The position numbers and the translations under genes are program-made. Positions 21,301 to 30,781 of a stretch of 64,000 nucleotides of DNA are shown one piece after another. Within the stretch, counting starts at the first letter, position 1. The number at the start of each line of letters is the position of its first letter. Source of the DNA: a virus. The notes beneath the pieces are model-generated. The model made no database searches and was not told the origin of the DNA. It was given only the letters and a program-made list of their open reading frames with translations. The stretch spans positions 40,149-104,148 of the IMG/VR virus record IMGVR_UViG_3300025889_000083; one strand, given 5' to 3'.

Positions 21301-22067
21301 TTTATGGCATTACTGGTTGGATCCATAATTTCATTAATAGCTCCAAATTTTTCTTCTACCTGTCCTAAAACTTCTGTTGTTACTGCCTGTGACTTTTGGA
21401 AGATTGTTAATTGATTTTTATTTAGACCAAGAGCAGCGGCGTATTTTATAGACGCTTCTTCGAGTCTTAACACAATACCCAGTTCATCCAAAAGTTCTGG
21501 TTCCGCTTTTGTCACACCACGAACTAATCTATTAAATGAATCTGTTACATCTCTACCAAGTGCGATTGAAACTGTTTTTGCGGCAGCACCTAATTCTCTT
21601 AATTGAGTGGGAGATAAACCTGCAGCTAATCCGATAGCTGCTGCTTGTGATGCCTCTTTAAAACTAATTTGAGCATCTGTTGCAATTTGTAAATCTTTTG
21701 CTAAAGATTTAATTGCCATGCCTGTTGTCGCGGCAAATGCAGCCTGTCCTTCTCCTAATACTCTGAAGTCAGCTGCATCTTTTAAAAAACGGAATAACGC
21801 ATCAATTGCAAATAATTGAGCCGCTAAAGTAGCGTAAGCAGGTACAAGAACTCCTCCGATTCCTTGTGCCATTTTTGAAAAGTTTTTAGTTGCATTTGAA
21901 GATTGTTTTGAGACACCTTTCATTGCACGGTCAGCTGACTGTGCATTTAATCCAACTGTATTAAAAGCTGCGCCTGTTTTTTTGGCTTGTTGCTCTACAA
22001 TCTTGTATGAGCCATCATCCGACATGCGGATGACAATGGTACCAGCTTCAATTTTTTTCTTTGCCAT
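18330..22067 (-). CDS. tape measure protein
   Basis: 1245 aa helical protein; RLVRGVTKAEPELLDELGI; C-terminal AELHGTEAVVPL. Confidence 0.92.
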   Translation of the reverse strand: MAKKKIEAGTIVIRMSDDGSYKIVEQQAKKTGAAFNTVGLNAQSADRAMKGVSKQSSNATKNFSKMAQGIGGVLVPAYATLAAQLFAIDALFRFLKDAADFRVLGEGQAAFAATTGMAIKSLAKDLQIATDAQISFKEASQAAAIGLAAGLSPTQLRELGAAAKTVSIALGRDVTDSFNRLVRGVTKAEPELLDELGIVLRLEEASIKYAAALGLNKNQLTIFQKSQAVTTEVLGQVEEKFGAINEIMDPTSNAINKVGIAFDELLNKARPVIATISEFIAKGITESTEAATFAIVGFTASIVGSLLPAMQKADIGRITGGAQGKLFNVLETKPGSKAAQGRLARFQEGEYTQADLEQYRKALEAKKSSLLNHHNFVKGAEKKLLLDLKILQNQLVIDQSTGFKRIMLEWKSSLYQMQIEYGKFIGTIKALGTGLMTAITGLLRWLGYIGLAITAFTVLRDLVDKFNGKTINKFAEGISESTRSMDSLNQELDKMAQVRERGLLKGIDEQISQLGQAFQSADLVNRLQEYQVFANGSNLAPKEFEKFNNKLLEQLDTMSRLDPEMKVYADVLREGKQLTSEQIKEVSKLADKHITNMLAIKSYNQAQSALVKLTNSLIQALPKLKYQDITDQLKTQAQAMEQLAGEHRKYAAQLLLVRGELEYINALNKEAHLIAMAQLGVSLEVAENSFGTKRQREAKAYEKTMTAVLNLAKARNELEAATYELSKKQGDESAQLRVQQAKGNIEVLKQNYRIAKAQQSELFNFYTSMLDDITSKLGSSIGAALRGEANAFKNIGEELTKTLTDSVGKAISERMMEDLLGGTMFDPNKITKDIYVDEGGALQKGMQTASSKIEQAIKSGADYHKAAILIAFRLKTQGEIAATELKKSGIKGDINELTTARSAYNNAKAAEAANNRRLLFLEDGLDQISEVIAKSGGYESIGADFSKVTGNVLTDGPYGPYTQPMTLQAIKDEIAKLESANENYRKTQEKNIGLATGANEKIEALNLEYDQLELNIQSLNTALQSLPGVSTGSGTTTGTTTGNGIKRIDPNSVTLAGTQTTADKFKEGVDTFTGVSTKFLGGASMLLGAAGKSEEAAKLMEIAAKIQMAAMIYQSANSFFGGMANGGGLMGGLKALFGVRQGGIANAPGYRSYSDGAVSTGPSSGYLAELHGTEAVVPLPNGRSIPVEMQGKSGGTNNISVNVNMANGETTMTSDRGGEMGLIIAAAVKEVIADEQRAGGLLSGT

Positions 22068-22355
22068 TTACTTTTTTCTTACACTACTTTGTGCCTTGGC
22101 TTTTCGACTCTCAGCGTCTTGCCTTTCTTTCACTTTTCTATTAATTGCTTCTGAACTATAGTGTTCCACCCATTTTAAAAAGAACCAGACTGTCTTTCTA
22201 TCCTCTACATTATATACATTAAATAGAGTTTCTATGGGAGTATAATCTTTACCCATGTAGTATCCAGACATTCCATCCCAATTATCGTTTAAATTGCTAT
22301 GCAATAAAAAAGCCACCTGAACTTCGTAAGGTAATACACTTACATCAGGCGGCAT
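22068..22355 (-). CDS. tail assembly chaperone, frameshift (GT-type) segment
   Basis: Frame stays open upstream to the slippery site at 22478-22484; WDGMSGYYMGKDY motif. Confidence 0.75.
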   Translation of the reverse strand: MPPDVSVLPYEVQVAFLLHSNLNDNWDGMSGYYMGKDYTPIETLFNVYNVEDRKTVWFFLKWVEHYSSEAINRKVKERQDAESRKAKAQSSVRKK

Positions 22356-22462
22356 TCTATCGGGATCAGGTTCTTGACCTAATTGTTCGCATATAGCTAA
22401 ATACTTATCTAGGTCAATGGCTGTATCTTGGTATTTTCGTTTTATTAACGCAAGTATATCTT

Positions 22463-22894
22463 CTACTTGCGCTGAGTAAAATTTTCCAGATCACTGGTTG
22501 TTTCACTCACCCATGTATCAAAATCTGATGAATTTTTCATTAATAACTCTGCGTTATCATGATCGAACTCAAGACAATCATCTGGGTTTAAACTACTAAC
22601 ATCAACCAATAGAAGCTCTTCTAAGTATTTGAATTTTAAGCCGCTCCACCCCTGAATTATTGCTTTTACGTATTCTTTTAAAAATTTATCATTATCAAGA
22701 GTTTCTTCAAACTGTCTAGTCTTTTTATTAAAAGTCTGTTTTACACTTTTGTTGCGTAATTTTAACAGCTCTTCTCTTGCTAAATAAGTCAATTTGACTT
22801 TAAATCCATCAAAACCTGGAAAGTCAATTTCAACTGTTTTGCTTGGAGTTAATAAACTCTTTAATGATACTGGTTTTTTATTTTCTTCTGTCAT
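22463..22894 (-). CDS. tail assembly chaperone (G-type)
   Basis: Between tail tube and tape measure genes; IIQGWSGLK...LLMKNSSDFDTWV. Confidence 0.8.
   Translation of the reverse strand: MTEENKKPVSLKSLLTPSKTVEIDFPGFDGFKVKLTYLAREELLKLRNKSVKQTFNKKTRQFEETLDNDKFLKEYVKAIIQGWSGLKFKYLEELLLVDVSSLNPDDCLEFDHDNAELLMKNSSDFDTWVSETTSDLENFTQRK
22478..22484 (-). other. -1 programmed ribosomal frameshift site
   Basis: A-AAT-TTT (X XXY YYZ) in frame; -1 frame reads YSAQVEDILAL...PDRMPPDV into the next ORF without a stop. Confidence 0.8.
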
Positions 22895-22911
22895 TCTCTT
22901 TCCTGTAAGGA

Positions 22912-22935
22912 TATGCGGGACCGAAGTCCCGCATA
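22912..22935 (-). terminator. stem-loop after major tail gene
   Basis: TATGCGGGAC-TTCG-GTCCCGCATA; weak U tract. Confidence 0.6.
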
Positions 22936-22945
22936 ATTGTTAAAA

Positions 22946-24166
22946 TTAGCTAGCAACGTAAGTAAGTTTGACTTCGTTAGTAGCGTTTGCTGCTGTTCCT
23001 GATGATAAGTCGCTGGGTAAACCGTGGAAGTTTACATCAACGCTTATGACGTCATCAAGAGAGTGAGATGGTAATTCTAAGTGTGCTTTTGCAACTTGTA
23101 CATTACACCTTGGAGTATTACCAGATCCACCGATTCCGAAAGTTAAATCAAATGCGTTAGTAATAACACCTCTTGATTCTTGTAATCTTTCGAATAGATC
23201 AAGTGAGCCATTTGCAGTATCATTTAAGTAACATGTGAAGTTACCTGATACTGATCTTGTTCCCATAACATGACCAAGTGGTAGATTAACTTGTCCTAAT
23301 GTCTCAGGAGTTAGGTAAGTAAGATTATTTTCGATTGTAATATTACCACCAGTTAGTGTAATGTTATAAGAAACATCACTTCCGTCAACATTTAAAGCTC
23401 CTAATGTACCTGTTGATTCTGATACATCAAAGCTAATAGTTAAATCTGTTAGTTTTTGTCTTATGAAGTTAGATGTGGTATCTATACCTTCTCTGATTAA
23501 ACCTTTTGCTGTTAAACCTGAAGCTGCTGTGTTAATAGAAGCTACTTCTTCAACTGTTTGACCGTTTCCAGCCCAAGCAATCTGTGCAATTCCTTCAATA
23601 TCAAAATCAACTGAAGCAGAACCGACTGAACAGTTTGCAAGTTTGTAAACTGTTACACCTTCTGTACCTGTAGCATAAACTTCTGTATCAGTGTCTTTTG
23701 CAGCACCGAGTACGAAGTATAGATCAAATACACCGAGAGTAACTTGGTTTGAGTTTGCGAAATCAAAGACAGATGCATTAGCTTGGAAGTCTCCACCATT
23801 TACAGCTCTGTCATAAGTGTTGGCACTCATAGCAGCCCAAAGTGGTCCTTCTACGGCAAATGTTACGGCATTACCTGTGTGGTCGCCGTTTGTCCATGCA
23901 TTGTTCGCTCCTGAAACTGTTGGTCTCATATAAGTACTGAAACTCCACTCTGCTGGTGCAAAAGAGTCAGTAAACATAGCTCTACCTCTTTTACTATAGC
24001 CTGTGGAATTTGCTGCCTCACTCAAAGTTACTTCTGAGGTATTGGTAGCCTGACTAAATGAGAAACCGTCTAGTACAGGTATTTCATATAAAGCGGTGTT
24101 TGCGGTTGTGCCATCTTCTGACCAAGTCATAAACACCTTGGTATCTCTACTAAAGAAAAATGCCAT
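22946..24166 (-). CDS. major tail tube protein, T5 pb6-like
   Basis: EIPVLDGFSFSQ; FTDSFAPAEWSFSTYMRP; ITIENNLTYLTPETLG; GTRSVSGNFTCYL. Confidence 0.88.
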   Translation of the reverse strand: MAFFFSRDTKVFMTWSEDGTTANTALYEIPVLDGFSFSQATNTSEVTLSEAANSTGYSKRGRAMFTDSFAPAEWSFSTYMRPTVSGANNAWTNGDHTGNAVTFAVEGPLWAAMSANTYDRAVNGGDFQANASVFDFANSNQVTLGVFDLYFVLGAAKDTDTEVYATGTEGVTVYKLANCSVGSASVDFDIEGIAQIAWAGNGQTVEEVASINTAASGLTAKGLIREGIDTTSNFIRQKLTDLTISFDVSESTGTLGALNVDGSDVSYNITLTGGNITIENNLTYLTPETLGQVNLPLGHVMGTRSVSGNFTCYLNDTANGSLDLFERLQESRGVITNAFDLTFGIGGSGNTPRCNVQVAKAHLELPSHSLDDVISVDVNFHGLPSDLSSGTAANATNEVKLTYVAS

Positions 24167-24230
24167 TTTTAGTTTCTCCTAATTTCTCTGAAAAGAGCCT
24201 TGCCAAATATTTATTTAGCGTAGCTGATTT

Positions 24231-24695
24231 CTAATATCGGATCTCTACGACGACTTCACCGACGCCGAGAGGTTCCAAAACTCCTTCATCTGTATCAACT
24301 GTCAAAACTGTTGTTTGAGCAGTTGTTTGAGATGCTCCTGTTGAATCGTAGTAAGTTAGAGGATCTTCATTCTCTAAAACTGTCTCTACATCTTCTAACA
24401 TTTCTTCTAGTGCTAGTATCACGTCTGTATCATCTGATACAAAGCACCTAATTGTAATTTGTAGTAGCCTAAATCTGAAACCTGCTGTTTCATATTCTCG
24501 TACCTCACTTCCTGCTCCGATATGGATAGTAGGAAACTCTTGTACTTCGTCCCAGAACTTAAGTCTTTCTTCGACTTGTGCTACTGATGTTCTGTATGGG
24601 GCTTGTCCGTTTAAATTAAATCTTAGTTTTTCGGCTATGGCTTTAACAATGGCTCGCCTACGAGTACTGTATCTTCTTGCTTGTGCATTTGCCAT
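24231..24695 (-). CDS. tail terminator, T5 p142-like
   Basis: FWDEVQEFP; VDTDEGVLEPLGVGE; synteny. Confidence 0.8.
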   Translation of the reverse strand: MANAQARRYSTRRRAIVKAIAEKLRFNLNGQAPYRTSVAQVEERLKFWDEVQEFPTIHIGAGSEVREYETAGFRFRLLQITIRCFVSDDTDVILALEEMLEDVETVLENEDPLTYYDSTGASQTTAQTTVLTVDTDEGVLEPLGVGEVVVEIRY

Positions 24696-26182
24696 TATGT
24701 TCTCCTAACTTGCCCGAATTTAATCCCCATTTGTTCTAGTGCTATATTTCTAATAGCAGTACTAATTATGCTTCGTGGGTCTCTAAAAGTACTTCCCATA
24801 TTGAAGCCTGGTTCAAAGGTTTGATATGGATTCTTCATATAGGTATAGTCTGCACTATAACCACCTCTTGAACCTTGATAAATATTTTCAACTCTTGCTG
24901 AATTTGCGAATCTTCCTGTTCTATACACCAATCTTGGTGATACCATCATTGACTTGAGAGTCTGTGGTAAAAATTTATTTATAATGTTTTTTAAAGCTAT
25001 AGGACTATTTCGTGTTGATTGTTTTGTACCTTTATTAATTCTTCTATTTTTTAGTCCAGTTGCCTTTCTTTCATTTGTAGCAGGATTTTTTCCTCTAACT
25101 TTTGATTTTCCTTTACTGTTTTTCTTACTCTGTGAAGATTTTTTAATTTTTGTATTAAAATACTTTTTACCTTTTAATTCTTTTATTATCTGATCTGCCG
25201 CTAATCCTAAGTAAGCATCTTCTAATTTTGGAGAAGCTGCAAAAAATCCTGCGGCATCAGTTACACTATTTTGTTTGATATAATTTAATACATCTTTTAT
25301 AAACTGATTAGAAGCTAAATACTCTGCATATTGCTTTGCTAACGCAGTATCTAATAGATTAGTATTTTGAGCTGTCATCCATGGGCGAGTACGTCCATCA
25401 TCCCATGTAAAGTTTGCATATAGTGTATAAGTATCTGCAATTTCTTTTACAGTTCTATACTGTCTTACTTCATCTGAAAAGTCCATATTTGCTTTCCAGA
25501 TGTTTGCAAAAAAGTTAGAAACTGAATCCATAAGAGTGCTATTATTTGCTTTCAGCACATCATCAATTGCTTTTTCTAATTCTAACAAAGTCTTTGCTTG
25601 TCGAGCTGTACCTGTTAATCTTTGATCAACTTTTGCTAGATCAGTGTTTCTAAAATTTTGATCAAGTATAGTACCATGTCTTTCTTTAGAATGTTCAAAG
25701 GTTGATCTACCTCCAGCCATTTGATTCAGTTGTTGTTCTCCAAATGACCTTTTAACTGCTTTCCAAAAACCTTGAATATGTCGTCTTACTCTATTTTGAA
25801 CTGTTTGTTCTAAATTAGCAGTATTACTAATTCTTCCGCTTTGATTTTTAGTAACCCAGTTTATAACTAAAAGAGTTTCACTACCATTACTTGCTATCTC
25901 ATTTTGTACTATATCGTATCTTTGAACAGGCTGTCTCATTTTAGATTGGACATATTCTGCCATATCTCTAAAAGTTGGAGCTCCGTTAGTCGGTCCTTGA
26001 CTAAACAAATCTCTTGCAGTAGGTAATTGCTGCATAGTAAGAATTAAGTTTTGGAATAAGTTTCCAAAATTTTTCTCATTTAAAACAATAAACCCATATC
26101 CTATGCCTGGGGCACCAGTTCTGTTACCTCTCTCATAGTTTGCCAAATCTGATATACTTCTATATCTAATTTGTTGAGCCAT
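24695..26182 (-). CDS. tail completion/neck protein, T5 p143-like C-terminus with long N-terminal extension
   Basis: LVYRTGRFANS...YMKNPYQTFEPG...RDPRSII..AIRNIA; synteny. Confidence 0.7.
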   Translation of the reverse strand: MAQQIRYRSISDLANYERGNRTGAPGIGYGFIVLNEKNFGNLFQNLILTMQQLPTARDLFSQGPTNGAPTFRDMAEYVQSKMRQPVQRYDIVQNEIASNGSETLLVINWVTKNQSGRISNTANLEQTVQNRVRRHIQGFWKAVKRSFGEQQLNQMAGGRSTFEHSKERHGTILDQNFRNTDLAKVDQRLTGTARQAKTLLELEKAIDDVLKANNSTLMDSVSNFFANIWKANMDFSDEVRQYRTVKEIADTYTLYANFTWDDGRTRPWMTAQNTNLLDTALAKQYAEYLASNQFIKDVLNYIKQNSVTDAAGFFAASPKLEDAYLGLAADQIIKELKGKKYFNTKIKKSSQSKKNSKGKSKVRGKNPATNERKATGLKNRRINKGTKQSTRNSPIALKNIINKFLPQTLKSMMVSPRLVYRTGRFANSARVENIYQGSRGGYSADYTYMKNPYQTFEPGFNMGSTFRDPRSIISTAIRNIALEQMGIKFGQVRRT

Positions 26183-26778
26183 TAAATAATAACTCTATAT
26201 AAGTCCAATACTCTCTTGATATGATCTGGAAAGTCAGTACTTAATCTTAGAGAGGAAGTTCCATCCTGTCTTATTTGAGCTCCGCCCAATGTTCTGTTCT
26301 CTTTATGCTCATCTTTCATATAGTAATTTACTAAGTCATAACAAGCAAGTAGTAAATCATCTGGTGTAGATGCATATCCTGCGGTATATGTTACTTGAAC
26401 TGCTCCAACACCTTTTGCCCAGTAAGCAAGTTCTCCATTTTTTGTTGTTCTCATAACGGAGTCTGAATCTGTATCTACAAAATACTCATAGTTACCTGTA
26501 GTTAAAGTTTGATAACTTTCTGAGTAAGCTGTTCTTTCTCTTACGCTGGAAACTGCTATTACAGGAGTTTCACTCAGAATTATTGTACTGGTAAAATTAT
26601 CGTAAATTGTAATGGTTTCTGTTTTTGCACTACTATAATAGTCAATAAAACTAGTTCCGCAATACGTCTTTACAAGTTTTGATACCTGTGGTACGATTAC
26701 AGCTAAACGATCGTCGTCCTTCTCACCTCGAAGACCTTCCGCATCCTTGTATTCGTTAACTGTAAATAAATCTGCCAT
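26182..26778 (-). CDS. head-tail connector / head completion protein, T5 p144-like
   Basis: VTYTAGY..TPDDL.LA; FPDHIKRVLDLYR. Confidence 0.82.
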   Translation of the reverse strand: MADLFTVNEYKDAEGLRGEKDDDRLAVIVPQVSKLVKTYCGTSFIDYYSSAKTETITIYDNFTSTIILSETPVIAVSSVRERTAYSESYQTLTTGNYEYFVDTDSDSVMRTTKNGELAYWAKGVGAVQVTYTAGYASTPDDLLLACYDLVNYYMKDEHKENRTLGGAQIRQDGTSSLRLSTDFPDHIKRVLDLYRVII

Positions 26779-26788
26779 AATTAAAAGT

Positions 26789-26811
26789 GTGGGGCATTAA
26801 GGTCGCCCCAC
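26789..26811 (-). terminator. terminator after capsid gene
   Basis: GTGGGGC...GCCCCAC stem followed by ACTTTT on minus strand. Confidence 0.6.
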
Positions 26812-26829
26812 GAAACCTGTGTGCTTATA

Positions 26830-28887
26830 TTAAGCAGAAGCTTTGTACATTTGTGCCCACTTTGAAGTAGCTCCATCGATAAGATCGAGGAATCCAATTC
26901 TTTGTGAAGCGACAAGCACTCTTCTTTGGTTAGCAACTTCGTAGTCAGACTCGATGGTTACACCTCTAAGTCTTGGAACTACATAGTTTCTTGGGTAAAC
27001 AGCAATTGCGTTAAATTTAGCAGCTGCTTTAGTAGCGAACTCGTCACAGAGTAATACTCTTGATCCGAAGACCTGTCCGATTTCACCAGATAGCTTAGTA
27101 GCCATGTCGCCAACTAGGTTAGCATCTTGGAACTCAGCATCTTCTAGAAGGTTGTAGTACACGTCTTGTGAAACGATGTATACGACTTCTGATGGGTTAA
27201 CACCATATTTACCCATGTTCTTTCTTAGAGCAAGAAGGTCAGCTGCAGTTACAACGTCAGAAGCTGCGAAAGTTCCTGATGGTTGTGTGTAGTCTGAATC
27301 ATTTCTTGCTAAGTGACATAGACCTTCGAAAGAAGCACCGCCAGTTCCGAAAGCACCGTCAGCGTCGTCACCGACGAGGATTGCGTTCTCGATTGCTCTA
27401 GCATGTGATCTAACCATAGACTCTCTAATTAAAGGAAGAATTGGTAGAATTGCATCTTCTTCAGTCTCGTTACCTAAGTATGATTGTGAAATAAGTTTTT
27501 TGGTTGAAAGAGTTCTTTCAGTTAAATCAACACCACCGTAAGCGGATCCATATGTATCACCTCTTTGTGCCAAGTTACCATGTGGTGAAGAACCACTAGC
27601 AGTTTGGTTAGATGTGAACTCAGCGTATCCTGAATCTGGTAATATTGGGATAATCATATTAGCAGAAGTCATTGGGATTTCTCTAAATAGAGGAGCCAAG
27701 ACTAGCTCATTTTGAATATCTCTTTCAATGTTGGTTGAAACAACTTGCTCGAAGTCAGCTGAAGATACACCCACACCTGAATGTGCGTTTACTTTCTGCA
27801 TAACGTCTTTAGCATATTTGTTTTCCCAACCTTTTCCAGTAGCTAGACCAGCGAATTTAGCATCGATGATATCTTTCTCAAATGCTTTTTTCCAATCGCC
27901 TTCTCCTTTTCTGTCTGAGAAAATTCTTTTAGACTCACGAATATTCATGATTTCTTCAGATTTTTCAGCAAGTTGTTTTTCAAGAGACTTAACGACTTGC
28001 TCTAAATTAGAGTAGTCTGATTTAACTCTTTTCTCAACATCTTGCATTAACTTCTCAGCACCTGAGAGTCCAGCTTGGACTATAGTTTTTTGCTCTTCCT
28101 GCTTTGCTTCCTGAGCAGCCTTTTCAGTAGCTTCAACTTCAGCTTGTTTTGCAACAGCTTCACTTTCAGCTTGCTTTTCAGCTGCTTTCTGTTCGGCTTG
28201 TTTCATAGCAATTTTAGCAGCAGTTTCTTCTGCTACTTGTTTTGCAAATGAAGCTAAGTCGAACTCTGGAGCTACAGGAGTTTTATTTTCTTCTGACATT
28301 TTCGTCTCCATTTTTTTGGCTTTCGCCTTACTTGGCTGCTCAACTTTAACAGCGTCTGCTGGTCCAGAAGAGTTAGCCTTAATAAACTCGGATTTAAACT
28401 TGTTATATTCATCCATACTATCAAATGATTTTGCGATGGAGAATGTAGCGCCTTGGTTGCAAGGAACCGAAACAACGCTCACTTCAAAAAGTTCTGCATC
28501 CTTGATTCTATATCCGTCGGTTTCAGTCATATAATCTGCGTCCTTGACTCTGAAGCCGACAGAAAATGCTCCAAGGACACCGTCTTTAATTAAATCTTTA
28601 ATGTGACCAGATGCTTTTGAAATTCTTGCAGATAGTTCTAGACCATCTTTATTAACTTCTACACCTGTTGCTCTACCAATAGGTTGGTTATAATCATGGT
28701 TAAAAAGAATAACTGGATTATTTTTAAAATTATCTAATCCACCTTTTGTCCATGCTTCTGCTTCAATAATATCACCAGCTCTATCGAGACCGTTGGTACT
28801 AGCTGATCCTTTAATATCTAGTCCACCGTCATCAGTTTCACCAAGTGATTTAAATGAACTTGTCCAATGAAAAATTTTATTTGACAT
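26830..28887 (-). CDS. fused HK97-type prohead protease + scaffold domain + major capsid protein
   Basis: N-term NPVILFNHD...AFSVGF...LFEVSVVSVPCN (protease); coiled coil; T5-like capsid C-term; internal GGAG-N6-ATG at 28299. Confidence 0.92.
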   Translation of the reverse strand: MSNKIFHWTSSFKSLGETDDGGLDIKGSASTNGLDRAGDIIEAEAWTKGGLDNFKNNPVILFNHDYNQPIGRATGVEVNKDGLELSARISKASGHIKDLIKDGVLGAFSVGFRVKDADYMTETDGYRIKDAELFEVSVVSVPCNQGATFSIAKSFDSMDEYNKFKSEFIKANSSGPADAVKVEQPSKAKAKKMETKMSEENKTPVAPEFDLASFAKQVAEETAAKIAMKQAEQKAAEKQAESEAVAKQAEVEATEKAAQEAKQEEQKTIVQAGLSGAEKLMQDVEKRVKSDYSNLEQVVKSLEKQLAEKSEEIMNIRESKRIFSDRKGEGDWKKAFEKDIIDAKFAGLATGKGWENKYAKDVMQKVNAHSGVGVSSADFEQVVSTNIERDIQNELVLAPLFREIPMTSANMIIPILPDSGYAEFTSNQTASGSSPHGNLAQRGDTYGSAYGGVDLTERTLSTKKLISQSYLGNETEEDAILPILPLIRESMVRSHARAIENAILVGDDADGAFGTGGASFEGLCHLARNDSDYTQPSGTFAASDVVTAADLLALRKNMGKYGVNPSEVVYIVSQDVYYNLLEDAEFQDANLVGDMATKLSGEIGQVFGSRVLLCDEFATKAAAKFNAIAVYPRNYVVPRLRGVTIESDYEVANQRRVLVASQRIGFLDLIDGATSKWAQMYKASA

Positions 28888-29176
28888 CTTTCTTCTCCGC
28901 TTTTGCTTTAGGTGCAGCTTTAGGTGCAGCTTTAGGAGCTTCTACCTTTACTTCAACTTTAGGAGCAACAACTGGAGTGTTTAGTGCTTCAAAATCTATT
29001 GGATATCTTTTCATAACAGTAGACAATACTCTTGACCAAGAACCAAAAGCTCTACGAGCCATATAGTCTTTGACAGGAACATCGTTTCCGCATGCTTTGT
29101 ATTCGGCTAAATCCAAAAGTTTTTTATGTTTTACGAAAAACTCTGAAAGTGCCTTTGCCATCATATCTTTTGTCAT
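28877..29176 (-). CDS. hypothetical head-module protein with PKAA-repeat tail
   Basis: RRAFGSWS helix motif; APKAAPKAAPKAK; coupled to neighbours. Confidence 0.6.
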   Translation of the reverse strand: MTKDMMAKALSEFFVKHKKLLDLAEYKACGNDVPVKDYMARRAFGSWSRVLSTVMKRYPIDFEALNTPVVAPKVEVKVEAPKAAPKAAPKAKAEKKDVK

Positions 29177-29178
29177 AT

Positions 29179-30402
29179 TTAGTTTCCTTCACTGGGAGGA
29201 GTCTCTTCTGGTCGTCCTCCGATTGCTGGGTTTGATGCTGATCCTGCAATGTTCGCAGGAACTCTTGGTGTATCAAATCCGTCGATCTTCTCAAGCTGCA
29301 TAGCCTCCCGTGCTTCATTCGGTGTCATAATCCCATTGTTAACAAGAGTTGCATAGTATGCTGCCTCGTCTCGAAGTTCGGGCTGTAAGGCAGGAATACC
29401 TGCTACGTTTTCCTCTAACTTGAAACCGAAGAATCTCTCGAAAGCACACTGCATTTTATTAATAATCGGCAGTATGGTTTCTAAGTAATAAAGTCGATGA
29501 TTAGGTCGAATATTAGCGTTGTTTCCGCCATCTAACAAAATGGGTGGGATACCCATAGCTTCTAGAATTATTTTCTCATTAATCTTAATAGCTTCCTGAA
29601 AATCTAGTTCTTTGAAACTTACGTTTGTTAAGTTCTCGACTTCTAAACCACCATCCAAAAAGAGTGGTCGTCTACCGCCAGACTGTGGATTGTATCGTGC
29701 AACCCATGCCTGTAACATTCTTTCTTTAATTTTCTCAGAAAGAGTGTTCGGAGATTTAAGTACCAACCCTGGTACTGCTCCATTCTTAAAGAAGTTATCT
29801 TGGAATCTTCTCATAGAAGAAAGTAACTGCATAGTTCTATATGCAGGCTTTAATCTAGGGACTCCTCTATAAATGGAGTTAAAACTGTTTTCTTTTATGT
29901 GAATAATTTCATTTGGAGAATAATCTATGCTATGATCATATGTGTATTTTTCTACATATGTCTTATCGTCAGTATAGATTGTAACATTCTCTGCTGGAAG
30001 ATGATAAAGGTGGGCACCATCAAAATAAATAAAAATATTACCATCAATCAAAAGATCAATAATAAGATTTCGTTTAAACGCAGATACATCTTGAAAAGGA
30101 TTTGGTTCTCTATTTAAAAGCAAATCAACTTTTGATCTACGAATATTTTTGATAATGTTATTGGTACCAACTAATTGCTCACCAACCTTAAAAGGTATTT
30201 CCGAAACATCATCCACTATCATGTTGACTGCTCGGTTTACTACCTCTAACTGTTCGTAAGCATTTCGGTAATTTGTTACGTTTTCACGTGAATCTAGTGT
30301 AAGTCCTTCTTCAGAAGAAATTACATATTGGCTGGGATTCAACTTCTCATATTCGGAGTTGAAGTCCTTTCTACTGCCTGTTAAAAAATCATACCATGCC
30401 AT
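29179..30402 (-). CDS. portal protein (HK97 family, T5-like)
   Basis: EPNPFQ; FFKNGAVPG; LDGGL; GIPPILL; GIMTPNEARE. Confidence 0.95.
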   Translation of the reverse strand: MAWYDFLTGSRKDFNSEYEKLNPSQYVISSEEGLTLDSRENVTNYRNAYEQLEVVNRAVNMIVDDVSEIPFKVGEQLVGTNNIIKNIRRSKVDLLLNREPNPFQDVSAFKRNLIIDLLIDGNIFIYFDGAHLYHLPAENVTIYTDDKTYVEKYTYDHSIDYSPNEIIHIKENSFNSIYRGVPRLKPAYRTMQLLSSMRRFQDNFFKNGAVPGLVLKSPNTLSEKIKERMLQAWVARYNPQSGGRRPLFLDGGLEVENLTNVSFKELDFQEAIKINEKIILEAMGIPPILLDGGNNANIRPNHRLYYLETILPIINKMQCAFERFFGFKLEENVAGIPALQPELRDEAAYYATLVNNGIMTPNEAREAMQLEKIDGFDTPRVPANIAGSASNPAIGGRPEETPPSEGN

Positions 30403-30760
30403 ACTTACGTCTCTGTATCTCCACCCAATTTTGTTGCTTTTCTGCTGTTACTAGCTTTGGGCGTTTTCCATAAATACTATGCAACTTTAAATGGTGCATG
30501 TGACAGAGCGTAACAGCGTGCTCATAAACTTGTTCGTAATTCTCTTTTATGAATTGTTCTCGTAGAGCTAGTATGTCCTTCTCTGAGTTAATGATGACTT
30601 GCTTTTCTTTCAACCACCATTCAAGTAACTCAGTCAATCCGTAAAAGTGATGGAAGTCCAGTTCTTCTGTGACTCCACAAATGTAGCATTCCGTCGCTTT
30701 CTTATACTGCGACTTTGCTTTATCTCGGACATACTTTACTAAATCTCTTCTTAATGTCAT
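30389..30760 (-). CDS. HNH endonuclease (T5-type nicking/packaging-associated)
   Basis: CYICG...LDFHH...TLCHMHHLKLHSIYG; start moved to ATG 30760 downstream of a promoter. Confidence 0.82.
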   Translation of the reverse strand: MTLRRDLVKYVRDKAKSQYKKATECYICGVTEELDFHHFYGLTELLEWWLKEKQVIINSEKDILALREQFIKENYEQVYEHAVTLCHMHHLKLHSIYGKRPKLVTAEKQQNWVEIQRRKYGMV

Positions 30761-30781
30761 AAACTTACTTCTATACAATAG

